From: an uncultured Gemmatimonadales bacterium
GTDB lineage: Bacteria > Gemmatimonadota > Gemmatimonadetes > Gemmatimonadales > GWC2-71-9
Direction: 5' to 3'
Assembly (NCBI GenBank): GCA_963777835.1
Contig: CAVZRK010000006.1
Span: 1,186,155-1,250,154, forward strand
DNA length: 64,000 nucleotides
Shown: one piece after another, positions 20,439 to 31,590 of the stretch
How the letters are laid out: each line of letters starts with the position of its first letter
Numbering within the stretch: position 1 is the stretch's first letter
The notes under the pieces: generated by a model
Database searches by the model: none
What the model saw: the letters and a program-made list of their open reading frames with translations, nothing else
Told to the model about the DNA's origin: nothing
Made by a program: the position numbers and the translations under genes

Positions 20439-21533
20439 CGTAACCGGCTCCCCACCCCCGCGGAGCGCGGCCTCCAGGCGGGCGAACGCAGAATCGCCTT
20501 CGGCTCCAGCCACCACCGGCTGGAGCCTTTCTACTGACAGCCGGATGTCCGCCCCGTTCAGCTGGTACCACTCCTCGAACCAGGCGGAATGCGCCCGGTA
20601 GATGCGCGCCGCGATGAGGCGCGCGTTGTTCACCGGGCGGTCCGCCATCCGCCCCACCTGAATCGTCCGCAACTCCGCTCCCACCGGCCCCTCGAGCTGC
20701 TCTCGCGACCAGCGCCCCGCCTCGGCGCGCCCCGCGGCGAGCGCCGCCGAATCCGGCCTGGACGCGTACAGCGTGTCGAGCCTCGCCGCGAGGGAGTCGT
20801 AGAACGCGGCGAGCACCAGTTCGTCGTGCCAGCGATCCGCCGCGCGCGCGGCAAGCGCGCTGTCCCCCCGCCCGCGGAAGAACGCCTCGGCCGACCGGTA
20901 TCCCACCATTTGCGCGAAGGTCTCGTTGAACGGCGTGGCACTCTTCACGTAAAGGGTGTTGTGGGCCACCTCATGGAAGACGAGAGCCGCGATCTCCACC
21001 GAATCCCCGCCGAGCGCCGTGGAGAGGAGGGGATCGTTGAACCACCCCAGGGTCGAGAACGCCCCCGATGGGCGCAGGTAGGTGTCGAGCCCCTGGTCGT
21101 CGAGCTTCTCCGCCGCGGCGCGCGCCATCTTCGGGTCGAAGAACCCCTTGTAGGGAACCCGACCCACGATCGGATATTTCCAGGTGACCGGGCAAAGACA
21201 GTCGGGCGGCGAGGCCGAGAGGACCAGCAGGAGGGTGTCCCGCCCGACGTCGGTGTACTGGGTGTAGGTGTCCTCGGCCTCGAGCCCGAGGCCGGCGGCC
21301 GCATCCCGCGCCTGGAGCACCAGTTCGAGCTGGCCGCGGACGGCGGGGTCGAGGTCGGGATTCCGGAGGACCTTGGCGATCGGCTTCCGCTCCGTGAGGA
21401 TCTGGGTCTCCTCGAGGCCCGCACGGGTCAGGTACCGCACCTCGCCGCTGGACACATACGCCGTGCTGAACCCGATCATCAGGACGGCCACGATGGCGAC
21501 GATCACGCGGACAGGGCTCCATCGCATTCCCAC
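20418..21533 (-). CDS. putative aminopeptidase (PF10023-like, HExxH)
   Basis: N-terminal TM anchor. WKYPIVGRVPYKGFFD and AALVFHEVAHNTLYV...FNETFAQMVG match the predicted-aminopeptidase family. Confidence 0.7.
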   Translation of the reverse strand: MGMRWSPVRVIVAIVAVLMIGFSTAYVSSGEVRYLTRAGLEETQILTERKPIAKVLRNPDLDPAVRGQLELVLQARDAAAGLGLEAEDTYTQYTDVGRDTLLLVLSASPPDCLCPVTWKYPIVGRVPYKGFFDPKMARAAAEKLDDQGLDTYLRPSGAFSTLGWFNDPLLSTALGGDSVEIAALVFHEVAHNTLYVKSATPFNETFAQMVGYRSAEAFFRGRGDSALAARAADRWHDELVLAAFYDSLAARLDTLYASRPDSAALAAGRAEAGRWSREQLEGPVGAELRTIQVGRMADRPVNNARLIAARIYRAHSAWFEEWYQLNGADIRLSVERLQPVVAGAEGDSAFARLEAALRGGGEPVTSVGVTP

Positions 21534-21534
21534 C

Positions 21535-22404
21535 TCACGGGGTCAGTCGCAGGCCGAAGGAGTGCATGGCGTCGCCGAAGAAGTTCTGGTCCTGGTAGGC
21601 GTAGTCGAGGCCGAGCCGCCCGAGCAGCACGCCGCCGCCGAAGGTCCATCGCCCTTCGGTCGGGCCGAGCGGCGCGGGGCCGTAGCCGGCGCGCACCACG
21701 ACCCCGGCGCCCTTGATCACCGCCCCCGCCTCCACGCCAACGAGGAAGCGCGTGTCCCGCCCCTCGGTCCAGACCCATTCGATGGTGCCGAGCAGGCGGC
21801 CAGTGCCCTGGGGATCCACCAGGTTCAGCATGTACCCCAGGTGCGTGGTGGTCGGCAGGTTCACGCCGAGCCCCGAGAGCTGCTGGTTGCCGATGTTCTG
21901 CACCGACACCGCCAGCGCCATGATGTCGAACACCGCCGCGGTGAAGCCGGCGTCGGTGGTGAAGGAGCGGTTGACCTGTCCGCTGGTGTCCTCCGCCGAT
22001 ACGTACCTGCCCGAGGCGCCGATGGAGAGGAGCCCGAAGCGGAAGTCCGCGGACCCGACCCACGTCACGTTGTCCACGTAGGCGGAGGTGTCTGGCAGCA
22101 GGAGGTACGCGGCGCCGCCCCCGAGGTTGAACTGGCCCAGGCGGAAGGCTCCCGCCGCCTGCCAGAGCGAGGCGCCGCCGGACAACGGGGCATACGCACC
22201 CTCGAGGCTGAGCACCTTGATCGTGGCGAGACCGGACGGATTGATGAAGACGCTGCCGGCGTCGCCGATGAGCGCCACGCCGGCGTCGGCCATGGCGGCG
22301 GAGCGGGTCGAGGGGGGGAGCGTGGTGACGATGGCCGGCGGCGCCTGCGCGACGACCGGGGCGGCGAGGGCCGCCGCAAGGGTGGCCAGCACGATGTGCC
22401 GCAC
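21535..22404 (-). CDS. outer-membrane beta-barrel protein (PorV/FadL-like N-terminal motif)
   Basis: Signal peptide MRHIVLATLAAALAAPVVAQA. RSAAMADAGVALIGDAGSVFINPSGLA resembles the xAxGGAxxA...NPAGLA motif of such barrels. The C-terminal strand is SFGLRLTP. Confidence 0.55.
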   Translation of the reverse strand: MRHIVLATLAAALAAPVVAQAPPAIVTTLPPSTRSAAMADAGVALIGDAGSVFINPSGLATIKVLSLEGAYAPLSGGASLWQAAGAFRLGQFNLGGGAAYLLLPDTSAYVDNVTWVGSADFRFGLLSIGASGRYVSAEDTSGQVNRSFTTDAGFTAAVFDIMALAVSVQNIGNQQLSGLGVNLPTTTHLGYMLNLVDPQGTGRLLGTIEWVWTEGRDTRFLVGVEAGAVIKGAGVVVRAGYGPAPLGPTEGRWTFGGGVLLGRLGLDYAYQDQNFFGDAMHSFGLRLTP

Positions 22405-22415
22405 CCGGATCCCCG

Positions 22416-24134
22416 TCAGCGAATCCGCACCACGCCGAAGCGCACGCCCCGGTCATCAGGGAAGCCCTCGCCGCTCTTCCGGGCGAGCACCACGTCGACG
22501 CCGCTGGCGCCGGCGGACTGCAGGATTCGCAGGTGGCGGCCCGACCCCCCGCGAAGGGTGCCGGTGCGGCTGTACGTGCCCGTCGTGGTGCTGTCCGGCC
22601 GCAGCGGGTACGGGCGCGAGACCAGGTCGGGGCGCTGGGCGTTGAGGGTGTCGTAGATGTACCGGAAGTCCCAGCTCGGGTACTGCAGCTTCTCGTCCGC
22701 CGGCGTGAAGGCGGGCAGGTTGTCGAGGTAGTTCGCCAGCTGCCAGAGCGGGACCATCGTGCTCATGGTGGCCCCGGTCGCGGCCTGCACGTTGGCGCTG
22801 CCCAGCAGCGAGGTGCCCACCAGCTGCCGGGTCAGGCTCGTGCCCATGGTGTCGACGGCGTAATGGTCGGCGAGCCACCGCACGAAGAGCCAGTTGGCGC
22901 CGCGCTCCTGCAGCGTCCCGGTGGAGTTGTCCGGCGTGATCAGGAAATGCGCCTCGGGATCGAGCAGGTAGTCGTTGGCGTTGAGCAGGTTGGGGATCAT
23001 GAACTGCACGAGCCGCGTCGAGGCCAGGCCCTGGCCCGGTCCGTCGCCCAGGAGGCGGCCACCGAGCTCCTCGGCAAAGTGCGAGAGCCCCTCGTTCAGC
23101 CAGACCTCCTCCCCGCTGACACCCGGGCGGACCAGCACGTGCTGGTTGTAGGAGATCATGTGCTGAAACTCGTGGATGAACACCGGGGCGATCTGCTGCT
23201 TGACGAAGTTGAGCGAGACGGCGCACCCGCCGGTCGTGTTGGGCACCAGTCCGTAGAAGATCTCGGCCTCGTTGGAGCCGGGATTGCCGCCGGTGCGTGG
23301 GAGGAGGTCGCCGCCGTAGAAAAAGCCGAGGATGATGCTGCCGCCGGTGCAGCTGCCGCTCAGGTCGTTCACCGCGTCGGTGAGGAGGAAGATCACTTTC
23401 CCGTTGGCGTCGATGTCCGATTCGCGCCCGAACGCCGTGGTGTCGATCTGGTACATGTTGGGCGCCGTGCCCGCCACGCCGCCATCGAAGAGGATCCCGA
23501 GGGTGTCGATGTCCGCCTGGGTGAAGCCACCCGCCGGCACCACGTCGTCGAGGAAGATGGCGCCCTTGGGCCCGACGTACTTGGCGGTGGCGATCACCGT
23601 CTTGAACGACGAGCAGGTGGTGGTGCCACAGACCTGGAAGGTGTCCTTGGTGCCGACCACGGGTGGAACGGACTGCACCGGGGGAGCGCCCGCACCGAGG
23701 TGGGCGCCGGGCGAAGCGGCGAGCGCCCGCTCGCGGATCCGGAGCATGGCGTGAAAGTCCTCCGCCGTTCCGGCCGGGCGCCAGGCTTCCAGCAGCGGGG
23801 AGGGGAGCGGCGCGACGGCGGCGGCCGCGGCGCTGCTCCCCTGCATGGCGTAGTCGATCGTGACCCCGGTCGACGTCACCTGGCCGGCGGTGGAGAGCGC
23901 CGCCACGAGGTACTCCGCGCCGGACGCAGCCGCCGCCGGAAGCCGGAGGCAGCCTTCGGAGAGGTTGGGATTCAGGATGCGATACTCACCCGCATTCATG
24001 ACCGTCGGCGCCGGGCCCGGGCTGCAGCTGAGATCGGGGACGGTCGGGCCGGTCCCACCGTCTCCACCGGAGCAGGCGGCAATGCCGGCAAGGAGGCACA
24101 GGGGCAGCGTGGCGCGGCGTCGAAAGGACTTCAC
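22416..24134 (-). CDS. secreted lipoprotein zinc metalloprotease (HExxH; M30-like)
   Basis: GTG 24134 gives VKSFRRRATLPLCLLAGIAACSGG (lipobox LAGIAAC). VFIHEFQHMISYNQH plus WLNEGLSHFAEE form a zincin active site. The ORF could extend to 24209. Confidence 0.6.
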   Translation of the reverse strand: MKSFRRRATLPLCLLAGIAACSGGDGGTGPTVPDLSCSPGPAPTVMNAGEYRILNPNLSEGCLRLPAAAASGAEYLVAALSTAGQVTSTGVTIDYAMQGSSAAAAAVAPLPSPLLEAWRPAGTAEDFHAMLRIRERALAASPGAHLGAGAPPVQSVPPVVGTKDTFQVCGTTTCSSFKTVIATAKYVGPKGAIFLDDVVPAGGFTQADIDTLGILFDGGVAGTAPNMYQIDTTAFGRESDIDANGKVIFLLTDAVNDLSGSCTGGSIILGFFYGGDLLPRTGGNPGSNEAEIFYGLVPNTTGGCAVSLNFVKQQIAPVFIHEFQHMISYNQHVLVRPGVSGEEVWLNEGLSHFAEELGGRLLGDGPGQGLASTRLVQFMIPNLLNANDYLLDPEAHFLITPDNSTGTLQERGANWLFVRWLADHYAVDTMGTSLTRQLVGTSLLGSANVQAATGATMSTMVPLWQLANYLDNLPAFTPADEKLQYPSWDFRYIYDTLNAQRPDLVSRPYPLRPDSTTTGTYSRTGTLRGGSGRHLRILQSAGASGVDVVLARKSGEGFPDDRGVRFGVVRIR

Positions 24135-24369
24135 GGATGCGGCTCCGGGGTGGCGTCTCGGGCAGGGGGTCAGGGCTGCAAAATAAGACGTCACAACGGC
24201 TTTTGACAATCACATCCCCGGCCGATAGCTTCCCTCCCTCGACGGGTTTCGTGCCTGCGTCCCGCGCCCGGGGCGAGGGGCCAGACCCTCTTTCAACGCG
24301 TCGTTGCGCCGCCCCGCAGGTGTCCCGCCGGACGCCGGCGGCCCCCGAGCGCGACACGTTCGGCAGGCC

Positions 24370-27300
24370 ATGGCGTTCGCCCACCTCCATACCCACAGCG
24401 AATACTCGCTCCTCGACGGCGCCAACCGCCTCGATGCGCTGGTCGACCATGTCCGCGGGATGGGCATGGACAGCCTGGCGGTCACCGACCACGGCAACCT
24501 CCACGCGGCCTGGTCGTTCTACGAGGCGGCCAAGGCCGCCAAGATCCGCCCCATCCTCGGCTTCGAGGCGTACCTCGCCTTCGGCTCCCGCCGCCAGCGC
24601 GAGAAGCCGTCCGGCGCTCCCGCCTTCTACAGCCACCTCGTTCTCCTGGCCCAGAACCGCACCGGCTACAAGAACCTCATCAAGCTGAGCTCGATCGGGT
24701 TCACGGAGGGCTTCTACCGCCGCCCGCGGATCGACAAGGAGGTGCTCGAGGCGCACTCCGAGGGGATCGTCTGCCTGGCCGCCTGCCTCTCGGGCGAGGT
24801 GTCGCTCTACCTGCGTCAGGGCAACTACGAGGAGGCGCGCCGGAGCGCGGCCTGGTTCGCCAAGTGCTTCGGCCCGGACCGCTTCTGGCTGGAGATCCAG
24901 AAGCACGGCATCCCCGAGGAAGACCTCGTGACGGAGGGGATGCTCCGGCTGGGCCAGGACCTGGGTCTCGGCGTGGTGGCCACCAACGACGCGCACTACC
25001 TCCGCCGCGAGGACGCCGAGGCGCACGACGTGCTCCTGGCCATCGGGACGGGCGCCGACCTCGACGACCCGAAGCGCTTCCGCTTCACCGGGCAGGAATC
25101 GTACGTGAAGTCGGAAAAGGAGATGCGCGCCCTCTTTCCCGACCACCCGGAGGCCATCGACAACACCCAGCGGGTGGCGGACCTCTGCGAGCTCGACTTC
25201 GAGAAGCGCTACTTCCTCCCGAGTTTCCCGCGGCCGCGCGAGTACGCCACCGACGAAGCGCTCCTGGACCATCTCGCCCGGGAAGGGACGGCGCAGCGCT
25301 ACGGCACCCCCCTGCCCCAGCCGGTGCTGGAGCGGCTCGAGTACGAGCTCGGCGTCATCAACACCGCCGGCTACGCCGGCTACTTCCTGATCGTGCAGGA
25401 CTTCATCGCGGCGGCGCGGGAGCGCGGCATCCCGGTCGGACCGGGCCGCGGTTCCGCGGCCGGCTCGCTGGTGGCCTACGCGCTCCGCATCACCGACGTG
25501 GACCCGCTCCGGTTCGACCTGCTGTTCGAGCGGTTCCTGAACCCCGAACGCGTTTCCATGCCCGACATCGACGTGGACTTCTGCTTCGAGCGGCGCGGCG
25601 AGGTGATCGAGTACGTGCGGCAGCGCTACGGGCGGGAGAGCGTCGGGCAGATCGTCACCTTCGGCACCATGAAGGCGCGCGCCGCCGTCAAGGACGTGGC
25701 CCGCGTCCTCAAGATCGCCCCGGGCGACGCGGACAAGATCACCAAGCTGATCCCCTCCGGTCCCGGCTTCAACGTGACCATTCCCGAAGCCGTGAAGAAG
25801 GTGGACGAGCTGCGGGAGCTGGTGAAGAGCAACCCGGTGTACGGCCGGCTGATGGACCTGAGCTCGCGGATCGAGGGGATTTCGCGCCACCTGTCGGTGC
25901 ACGCCGCCGGCGTCGTCATCGCGCCGGGCCCGCTGCCCGACTACGTGCCGGTCTGCACCGCGCCCACGAAGGGGGCCGGCCAGTCCGCCGGCGGCGAAGA
26001 CGTGATGATCACGCAGTACGAGATGGGGGCGCTCGAGAAGGTCGGGATGCTGAAGATGGACATCCTCGGCCTCAAGACCCTGACCGTGATCCACGACGCG
26101 CTGGCCATGATCCGGGCCCGCCACGGCACGGCGCCCGACCTCGACGTCACCACGTTCGACGACCCCAAGGTGTACGAGCTCCTCCGGCAGGGCCGCACCG
26201 CGGGCGTCTTCCAGTTCGAGTCGGCGCTCGCCACCGAAACGTTGCGCGCCATGCGGTGCGACCGCTTCGACGACCTCGTGGCCACCAACGCCCTCCTCCG
26301 GCCGGGGCCGCTCGATGCCGGGATGCACACGGTGTTCATCCGCCGGAAGCTGGGGCAGGAGGCGGTCACCTACCCGCACCCGTCCCTGAAGGGCATCCTG
26401 GAGCCGACCTACGGCGTCATCACCTACCAGGAACAGGTGATGCGCATCGCGAACGTGCTGGCGGGGTTCAGCCTGGCCGAAGCCGACGTGCTCCGGAAGG
26501 CGGTGGGCAAGAAGGACGAGGCGCTGATCAAGCAGGAGGTCGGTCGCTTCGTGGACCGCGCCATGGCCCAGGGCCATCCACGGCGGCTGGCCGAGGAGCT
26601 CGGCGCGCAGATCGAGACCTTCGGCCGGTACGGCTTCAACAAGTCGCACTCGGTCGCGTATTCGGTGCTCTCGTACCAGACGGCGTGGCTCAAGGCGCAC
26701 TACCCCGCCGAGTTCATGGCGGCGCTCCTCAGCTCGGAAATCGGCAACACCGACAAGGTGGTGCAGTACATCAACGAGGCGCGCGAGCTCGGGCTCGAGG
26801 TGCTGCCGCCCGACGTCAACGAATCGGGCTTCAAGTTCACCGTCGTCGGCGAGAACCGGCTGCGCTTCGGGCTCGGCGCCATCCGCAACGTGGGCGCCGG
26901 CGTGATCGAGTCGATGATCGAGGCCCGGCGCGACGGCCCCTTCCACGACCTCTGGGACTTCGTCGGCCGGATCGACCTGCGGCTCGGCAACCGTCGCGTC
27001 ATCGAGTCGCTGATCGTGGCCGGCGCCTGCGACGGGCTCGGCGGGCATCGCCGGCAGTACCTGGAGGCGCTGGACGCCGCCCTCGGTGAGGCGCAGCTGC
27101 GGCAGCAGGAGCGGGACGCGGGGCAGTCTTCCCTGTTCGGCGAGGTGCTGCCGACCTCCCGGCCGGCCGGGCACAACCTCCCCGACGTCCCCCCGCTGCC
27201 GGAGGCCGAGCGCCTGGCCCGGGAGAAGGACGTGATCGGCTTCTTCATCTCCGGGCACCCGCTCGAGCGGTTCCGCGCGGAGGTGGAGCTGTTCGGCACC

Positions 27301-27852
27301 CGCACGACGGCCACCCTCCACGAGTGGAGCGAGCACGAGGTGAGCGTGGCGGCGGTGGTGACGGGGCTCAAGCGGCAGATCTCGAAGAAGACGGGCAAGG
27401 AGTACGCGCGGCTCACCCTCGAGGACTTCCACGGGACGTCGGAGGCGATCGTCTTCCCGGAGGCGTGGGCCAAGCTCAACCAGGTCATCCGGGCCGACGC
27501 GGCCATCCTCCTGGGCGGCGGGTACAGCGCGCGGGACCGGGGGGAGGACCGGGCCCCCTTCGTCGTGGAATCGGCGCGCCCGCTCGAGGAGCTGCGCGCG
27601 AGCGGCGCCCTGGGGGTCAGCCTCCGCTGGCGGGCCCCGGACGCCCCGCCCCCCGACGCCGTCAAGGCCGCCGCCGCGCTCTGCGCGTCGCACCCGGGGC
27701 CGGCGCCGGTCTATATTGAGTGGAGCGACGGCAACGGCGAGGCCCTCCGGCTCCGCGCGCGCCGTCTTCGCATCGCCCCCGACGACGACCTCCTCCGGGC
27801 CCTCCGCGACCTGCTGGGTGCCGGTGCCGTTCACTACGTGAAGGCGGGGTAG
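24370..27852 (+). CDS. dnaE: DNA polymerase III subunit alpha
   Basis: [18 protein letters not shown] (PHP domain), [41 protein letters not shown] and SVHAAGVVI. Length 1160 aa. Confidence 0.95.
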   Translation: MAFAHLHTHSEYSLLDGANRLDALVDHVRGMGMDSLAVTDHGNLHAAWSFYEAAKAAKIRPILGFEAYLAFGSRRQREKPSGAPAFYSHLVLLAQNRTGYKNLIKLSSIGFTEGFYRRPRIDKEVLEAHSEGIVCLAACLSGEVSLYLRQGNYEEARRSAAWFAKCFGPDRFWLEIQKHGIPEEDLVTEGMLRLGQDLGLGVVATNDAHYLRREDAEAHDVLLAIGTGADLDDPKRFRFTGQESYVKSEKEMRALFPDHPEAIDNTQRVADLCELDFEKRYFLPSFPRPREYATDEALLDHLAREGTAQRYGTPLPQPVLERLEYELGVINTAGYAGYFLIVQDFIAAARERGIPVGPGRGSAAGSLVAYALRITDVDPLRFDLLFERFLNPERVSMPDIDVDFCFERRGEVIEYVRQRYGRESVGQIVTFGTMKARAAVKDVARVLKIAPGDADKITKLIPSGPGFNVTIPEAVKKVDELRELVKSNPVYGRLMDLSSRIEGISRHLSVHAAGVVIAPGPLPDYVPVCTAPTKGAGQSAGGEDVMITQYEMGALEKVGMLKMDILGLKTLTVIHDALAMIRARHGTAPDLDVTTFDDPKVYELLRQGRTAGVFQFESALATETLRAMRCDRFDDLVATNALLRPGPLDAGMHTVFIRRKLGQEAVTYPHPSLKGILEPTYGVITYQEQVMRIANVLAGFSLAEADVLRKAVGKKDEALIKQEVGRFVDRAMAQGHPRRLAEELGAQIETFGRYGFNKSHSVAYSVLSYQTAWLKAHYPAEFMAALLSSEIGNTDKVVQYINEARELGLEVLPPDVNESGFKFTVVGENRLRFGLGAIRNVGAGVIESMIEARRDGPFHDLWDFVGRIDLRLGNRRVIESLIVAGACDGLGGHRRQYLEALDAALGEAQLRQQERDAGQSSLFGEVLPTSRPAGHNLPDVPPLPEAERLAREKDVIGFFISGHPLERFRAEVELFGTRTTATLHEWSEHEVSVAAVVTGLKRQISKKTGKEYARLTLEDFHGTSEAIVFPEAWAKLNQVIRADAAILLGGGYSARDRGEDRAPFVVESARPLEELRASGALGVSLRWRAPDAPPPDAVKAAAALCASHPGPAPVYIEWSDGNGEALRLRARRLRIAPDDDLLRALRDLLGAGAVHYVKAG

Positions 27853-27854
27853 CC

Positions 27855-28818
27855 ATGGCCACGGCGTACACGCTGGAATTCGAGAAGCCGCTCCAGGAAC
27901 TCGACCGCCAGATCGAGGAGCTCCGCCGTTCGAGCACCGAGCGGGGCACCGACCTGACCGACGAGATCCAGGCGCTGGAGACGAAGCTCGCCGCCCAGCG
28001 CGACGAGATTTACCGCAACCTGACGCCCATCCAGCGCGTCATGGTGGCCCGGCATTCCCGCCGGCCGTACACCCTCGACTACCTGAGCAGCATCTTCACC
28101 GACTTCATCGAGCTCCACGGCGACCGCCTCTTCCGGGACGACCCCGCCATCGTCGGCGGCTGGGCCCGGCTCGGCGGCCACACCGTGATGGTCATCGGCC
28201 ACCAGAAGGGGCGCGACACGAAGGACAACCTCCGGCGCAACTTCGGCATGCCGCACCCGGAGGGGTACCGGAAGGCGCTTCGCCTGATGAAGCTGGCGGC
28301 CCGGTTCGGCGCGCCCGTCATCACCCTGATCGACACCGACGGCGCCTATCCCGGCCTCGGCGCCGAGGAGCGCGGGCAGTCGGAGGCGCTGGCGCGGAAC
28401 ATCCTCGAGATGTCGGTGCTCCCGACCCCGATCGTGACCATCGTCATCGGCGTCGGCGGATCGGGGGGCGCCCTGGCCCTCGGCGTGGCCGACCGCGTGC
28501 TCATGCTGGAAAACAGCATCTACACGCGTGATTTCCCCCGAAGGCTGCGCCGCCATCCTCTGGAAGGACGCGTCGCAGCGCGAGCGCGCGGCGGAGGCGC
28601 TGAAGCTCACGGCCGCCGACCTCCTCCGGCTCAAGGTCATCGACGAGATCATCCCGGAACCGCCGGGCGGCGCCCACACCGACCACGAGGCGACGGGCGA
28701 GGCGGTGCGCGAGGCGCTGCTCCGGCACGTCGGCGAGCTCCGGAAGGTCCGCCCCGAGAAACTGGTTCGCCGTCGCGCCGAGAAGTACGGCGCCATGGGC
28801 GCGTACAGCGAGGCCTGA
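27855..28818 (+). pseudogene. accA: acetyl-CoA carboxylase carboxyltransferase subunit alpha, frame disrupted near 28524
   Basis: [24 protein letters not shown]...[23 protein letters not shown] is in the first frame. [28 protein letters not shown]... continues in the +1 frame to stop 28818. The span is 964 nt, and removing 1 nt gives 321 codons. Confidence 0.85.
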
Positions 28819-29888
28819 TGCCGCAGACCGTGGAGGTCCGGTTCAAGGGGAACCGGAAGGGGCTGTTCGACTGGGCGGGGGACGAGGACCTGCTGCGGAT
28901 GCGCGACCCGGTGATCGTGGACGCCGACCGCGGCCAGGACCTCGGCCGGATCAGCGCGGTCGGGGAGACGGCGCTGAAGAAATGCGGCTCCAGCTGTGGC
29001 GGGTGCGCCTCGGGCGAGGCGCCCCCCGGCGACCGCGCCCCCATCCTGCGCCGCGCCTCCCGCGAGGAGGTCGCCTCCCACGAGGAGTTGCGCCGCTCCG
29101 AGGAGGACGTCCGCCGGCAGATCATCGAGCGGGTGCGCGCCCACAACCTCCCGATGAAGATCAGCGACGCCGAGTGGCAGTGGGACCGCAAGAAGCTCAC
29201 GATCTACTTCACGTCCGAAAAGCGGGTGGACTTCCGCAACCTGGTCCGCGAGCTGGCCGGGCAGTTCAAGACCCGGATCGAGCTGCGCCAGATCGGCGTC
29301 CGCGACGAGGCGGCGCGCCTTTCCGGCGTCGGCCGGTGCGGCCGCGAATACTGCTGTTCCACCTGGCTCACCGAACTCTCCCCCGTCAACCTGGGGCTCG
29401 CCAAGGACCAGCGCCTTTCGTTGAACCCCTCCCAGATTTCCGGCGGGTGCGGGCGCCTGCTCTGCTGCCTCAAGTACGAGCACGAGTTCTACGTGACGAC
29501 CCGGAAGCGCTTCCCGAAGGAAGGCCGGATGGTCGTCACCTCGCGAGGCCAGGAGAAGGTGGTGGCGGTGGACCTCTTCCGCGAGCGGGTGTTCCTCCGG
29601 AACGAGGAGGGCCAGCGGATCGTGCCGCTGCTCCAGCTCAAGGAGGAAGTGGAGGCGGCGGGAGGCTCCGCGCCGCTGGCGGTTCCTGCGCCGGCTCCGG
29701 CTCCGGCACCCCGCCCGAGTCCGCCGCGCCGGGAAGCGCCACCGGCCGAGGCGACCGTGACGCCGCCCGCGGACGAGGCGGCCGCAGCGGCGCCCTCACG
29801 GTCGAAGCGCCGCCGGCGCGGTCGGCGGCGGCGTGGCGGGGGCGGCCCCGGGGGCCCCGAGAGTCCTTCGCAGGACGGCGGGGGCTGA
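28818..29888 (+). CDS. ricT: PSP1 domain protein (RicT/YaaT family) with Pro/Ala- and Arg/Gly-rich tail
   Basis: The ATG overlaps the accA stop (TGATG). [40 protein letters not shown]...[13 protein letters not shown]...[13 protein letters not shown] is the PSP1 C-terminal domain. Confidence 0.8.
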   Translation: MPQTVEVRFKGNRKGLFDWAGDEDLLRMRDPVIVDADRGQDLGRISAVGETALKKCGSSCGGCASGEAPPGDRAPILRRASREEVASHEELRRSEEDVRRQIIERVRAHNLPMKISDAEWQWDRKKLTIYFTSEKRVDFRNLVRELAGQFKTRIELRQIGVRDEAARLSGVGRCGREYCCSTWLTELSPVNLGLAKDQRLSLNPSQISGGCGRLLCCLKYEHEFYVTTRKRFPKEGRMVVTSRGQEKVVAVDLFRERVFLRNEEGQRIVPLLQLKEEVEAAGGSAPLAVPAPAPAPAPRPSPPRREAPPAEATVTPPADEAAAAAPSRSKRRRRGRRRRGGGGPGGPESPSQDGGG

Positions 29889-31415
29889 GTGTCCCGCTTC
29901 TACATCACCACCGCCATCGACTACGCCAACGGCGACCCGCACCTCGGACACGCCTACGAGAAGATCGGCGCCGACGCGATCGCCCGATACCACCGCCTCC
30001 GCGGCGACGACGTCTGGTTCCTCATCGGCATGGACGAGCATGGCCAGAAGGTGGCCCAGGCGGCCGCGGCGGCGGAGTTGACGCCGCAGCAGCTGGTGGA
30101 CCAGGTGGCGGGGCGGTTCGAGGGGATGTGGGCGCGGCTGGGGATTTCCCACGACCAGTTCATCCGCACCACCGCCGAGGAGCACAAGGCGGGAGTGCGC
30201 GAGCTGATCGAGCGGATCTTCGAGCGCAACCCCGACGACTTCTACGAGCAGTCGTATCGCGGCCGCTACTGCGTCGGCTGCGAGTCGTTCAAGCAGGACG
30301 CCGAGATCGTGGACGACCGGTGCGAGCTCCACCCGACGCGCACCCTGGAGTGGGTGGAGGAGCAGAACTGGTTCTTCCGGCTCTCCCGGTACCGCGACTT
30401 TCTCCTGAAGCTGATCGAGGACCATCCCGGATTCGTGCAGCCCGAGAGCCGGCGCAACGAAATCCTCGGGCTGCTGCACCAGGGACTGGACGACATCTCG
30501 GCGAGCCGCTCCCGCTTCAGCTGGGGCGTTCCCTTCCCCCGCCTCACGAGCCAGGGGGAGCAGCAGACCACCTACGTCTGGTTCGACGCCCTCCCCAACT
30601 ACTGGACCGCCACGCGCGCCCCGGCGTCCCGCGCCACGTGGCCGGCACAACTGCACGTCATCGGCAAGGACATCACCCGCTTCCACTGCGTGATCTGGCC
30701 CGCCATGCTGCGGGCGGCGGACCTGCCGCTGCCCGAGCAGGTCTGGGCCCACGGGTTCGTGTATTTCCGCGGTGAGCGCTTCAGCAAGAGCGCCGGCACG
30801 AAGCTGGATCTCGGCGAGGCCATCGACCGCTTCGGACCCGATGCGTTCCGCTATTTCCTGCTGCGCGAGATCCCGTGGGACAGCGACGGCAACTTCACCT
30901 GGGACCGCTTCCAAGACGTGTACACCGCCGAACTCGCCGACGGGCTGGGCAACCTGGCCAGTCGCTCCCTGGCGATGCTGGCGAAGTATCGGGACGGCGT
31001 GGTCCCGATGTCCGAGCCGACCTCATTGGACCAGGCTGGCGCCGATGCGATCCAGGCGTACGAGGCCGCGATGAAGTGCAACGACTTGCGCGGTGCAGCT
31101 GATGCGGCGTGGCGAATCGTTACGGCAGCAAACCAGTACATCGTGCAGACTGCTCCATGGGTGCTGGCCAAGGGGGGCAAGGATGCCGAACTCGACGCCG
31201 CCCTGGCCTCCCTGGCCCGCTGCCTGTACCGCATGGCCATTCTGGCGAGTCCCCTGATGCCGGGCAAAGCCGAGGAACTCTGGGGGGTCCTCGGGCTACC
31301 CGGAGAGGCGGCGTCGGCCAAGTGGGGCACTCTGGACGCCCCTCCGGTGACGGGGGCGCGCACCCGGAAGCCCGACGGGCTCTTCCCTCGCCCGGAACCA
31401 ACCGTAACTAGTTGA
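29889..31415 (+). CDS. metG: methionine--tRNA ligase (short form)
   Basis: GTG start. FYITTAIDYANGDPHLGHAYE (HIGH region), CVGCESF...CELH zinc knuckle and RFSKSAGTK (KMSKS-like). Confidence 0.9.
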   Translation: MSRFYITTAIDYANGDPHLGHAYEKIGADAIARYHRLRGDDVWFLIGMDEHGQKVAQAAAAAELTPQQLVDQVAGRFEGMWARLGISHDQFIRTTAEEHKAGVRELIERIFERNPDDFYEQSYRGRYCVGCESFKQDAEIVDDRCELHPTRTLEWVEEQNWFFRLSRYRDFLLKLIEDHPGFVQPESRRNEILGLLHQGLDDISASRSRFSWGVPFPRLTSQGEQQTTYVWFDALPNYWTATRAPASRATWPAQLHVIGKDITRFHCVIWPAMLRAADLPLPEQVWAHGFVYFRGERFSKSAGTKLDLGEAIDRFGPDAFRYFLLREIPWDSDGNFTWDRFQDVYTAELADGLGNLASRSLAMLAKYRDGVVPMSEPTSLDQAGADAIQAYEAAMKCNDLRGAADAAWRIVTAANQYIVQTAPWVLAKGGKDAELDAALASLARCLYRMAILASPLMPGKAEELWGVLGLPGEAASAKWGTLDAPPVTGARTRKPDGLFPRPEPTVTS

Positions 31416-31590
31416 TCCAAAACAACTTATACTGTTACCATGCCTCCTTGACTTCGGCTGTACCCGGGGTCATTTTTCGCGCTTCTGGAAAGTCCGGACC
31501 TGCGGCGTGGCTGCATTTCCGGATGGCATGGCGGAGGGGCCCGTGGATTGCGTATCCTCTGCCCAGACTCCCATCACATAGGTCGGTGGA

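Noticed and set aside
23986-27834. A 1282-aa ORF on the minus strand, antisense to dnaE.
   Set aside because: The translation is low-complexity Arg/Gly/Pro/Ala/Val/Glu-rich with no motifs. The opposite strand encodes a full-length, motif-rich DnaE. Long antisense ORFs are expected in GC-rich DNA because stop codons are rare.
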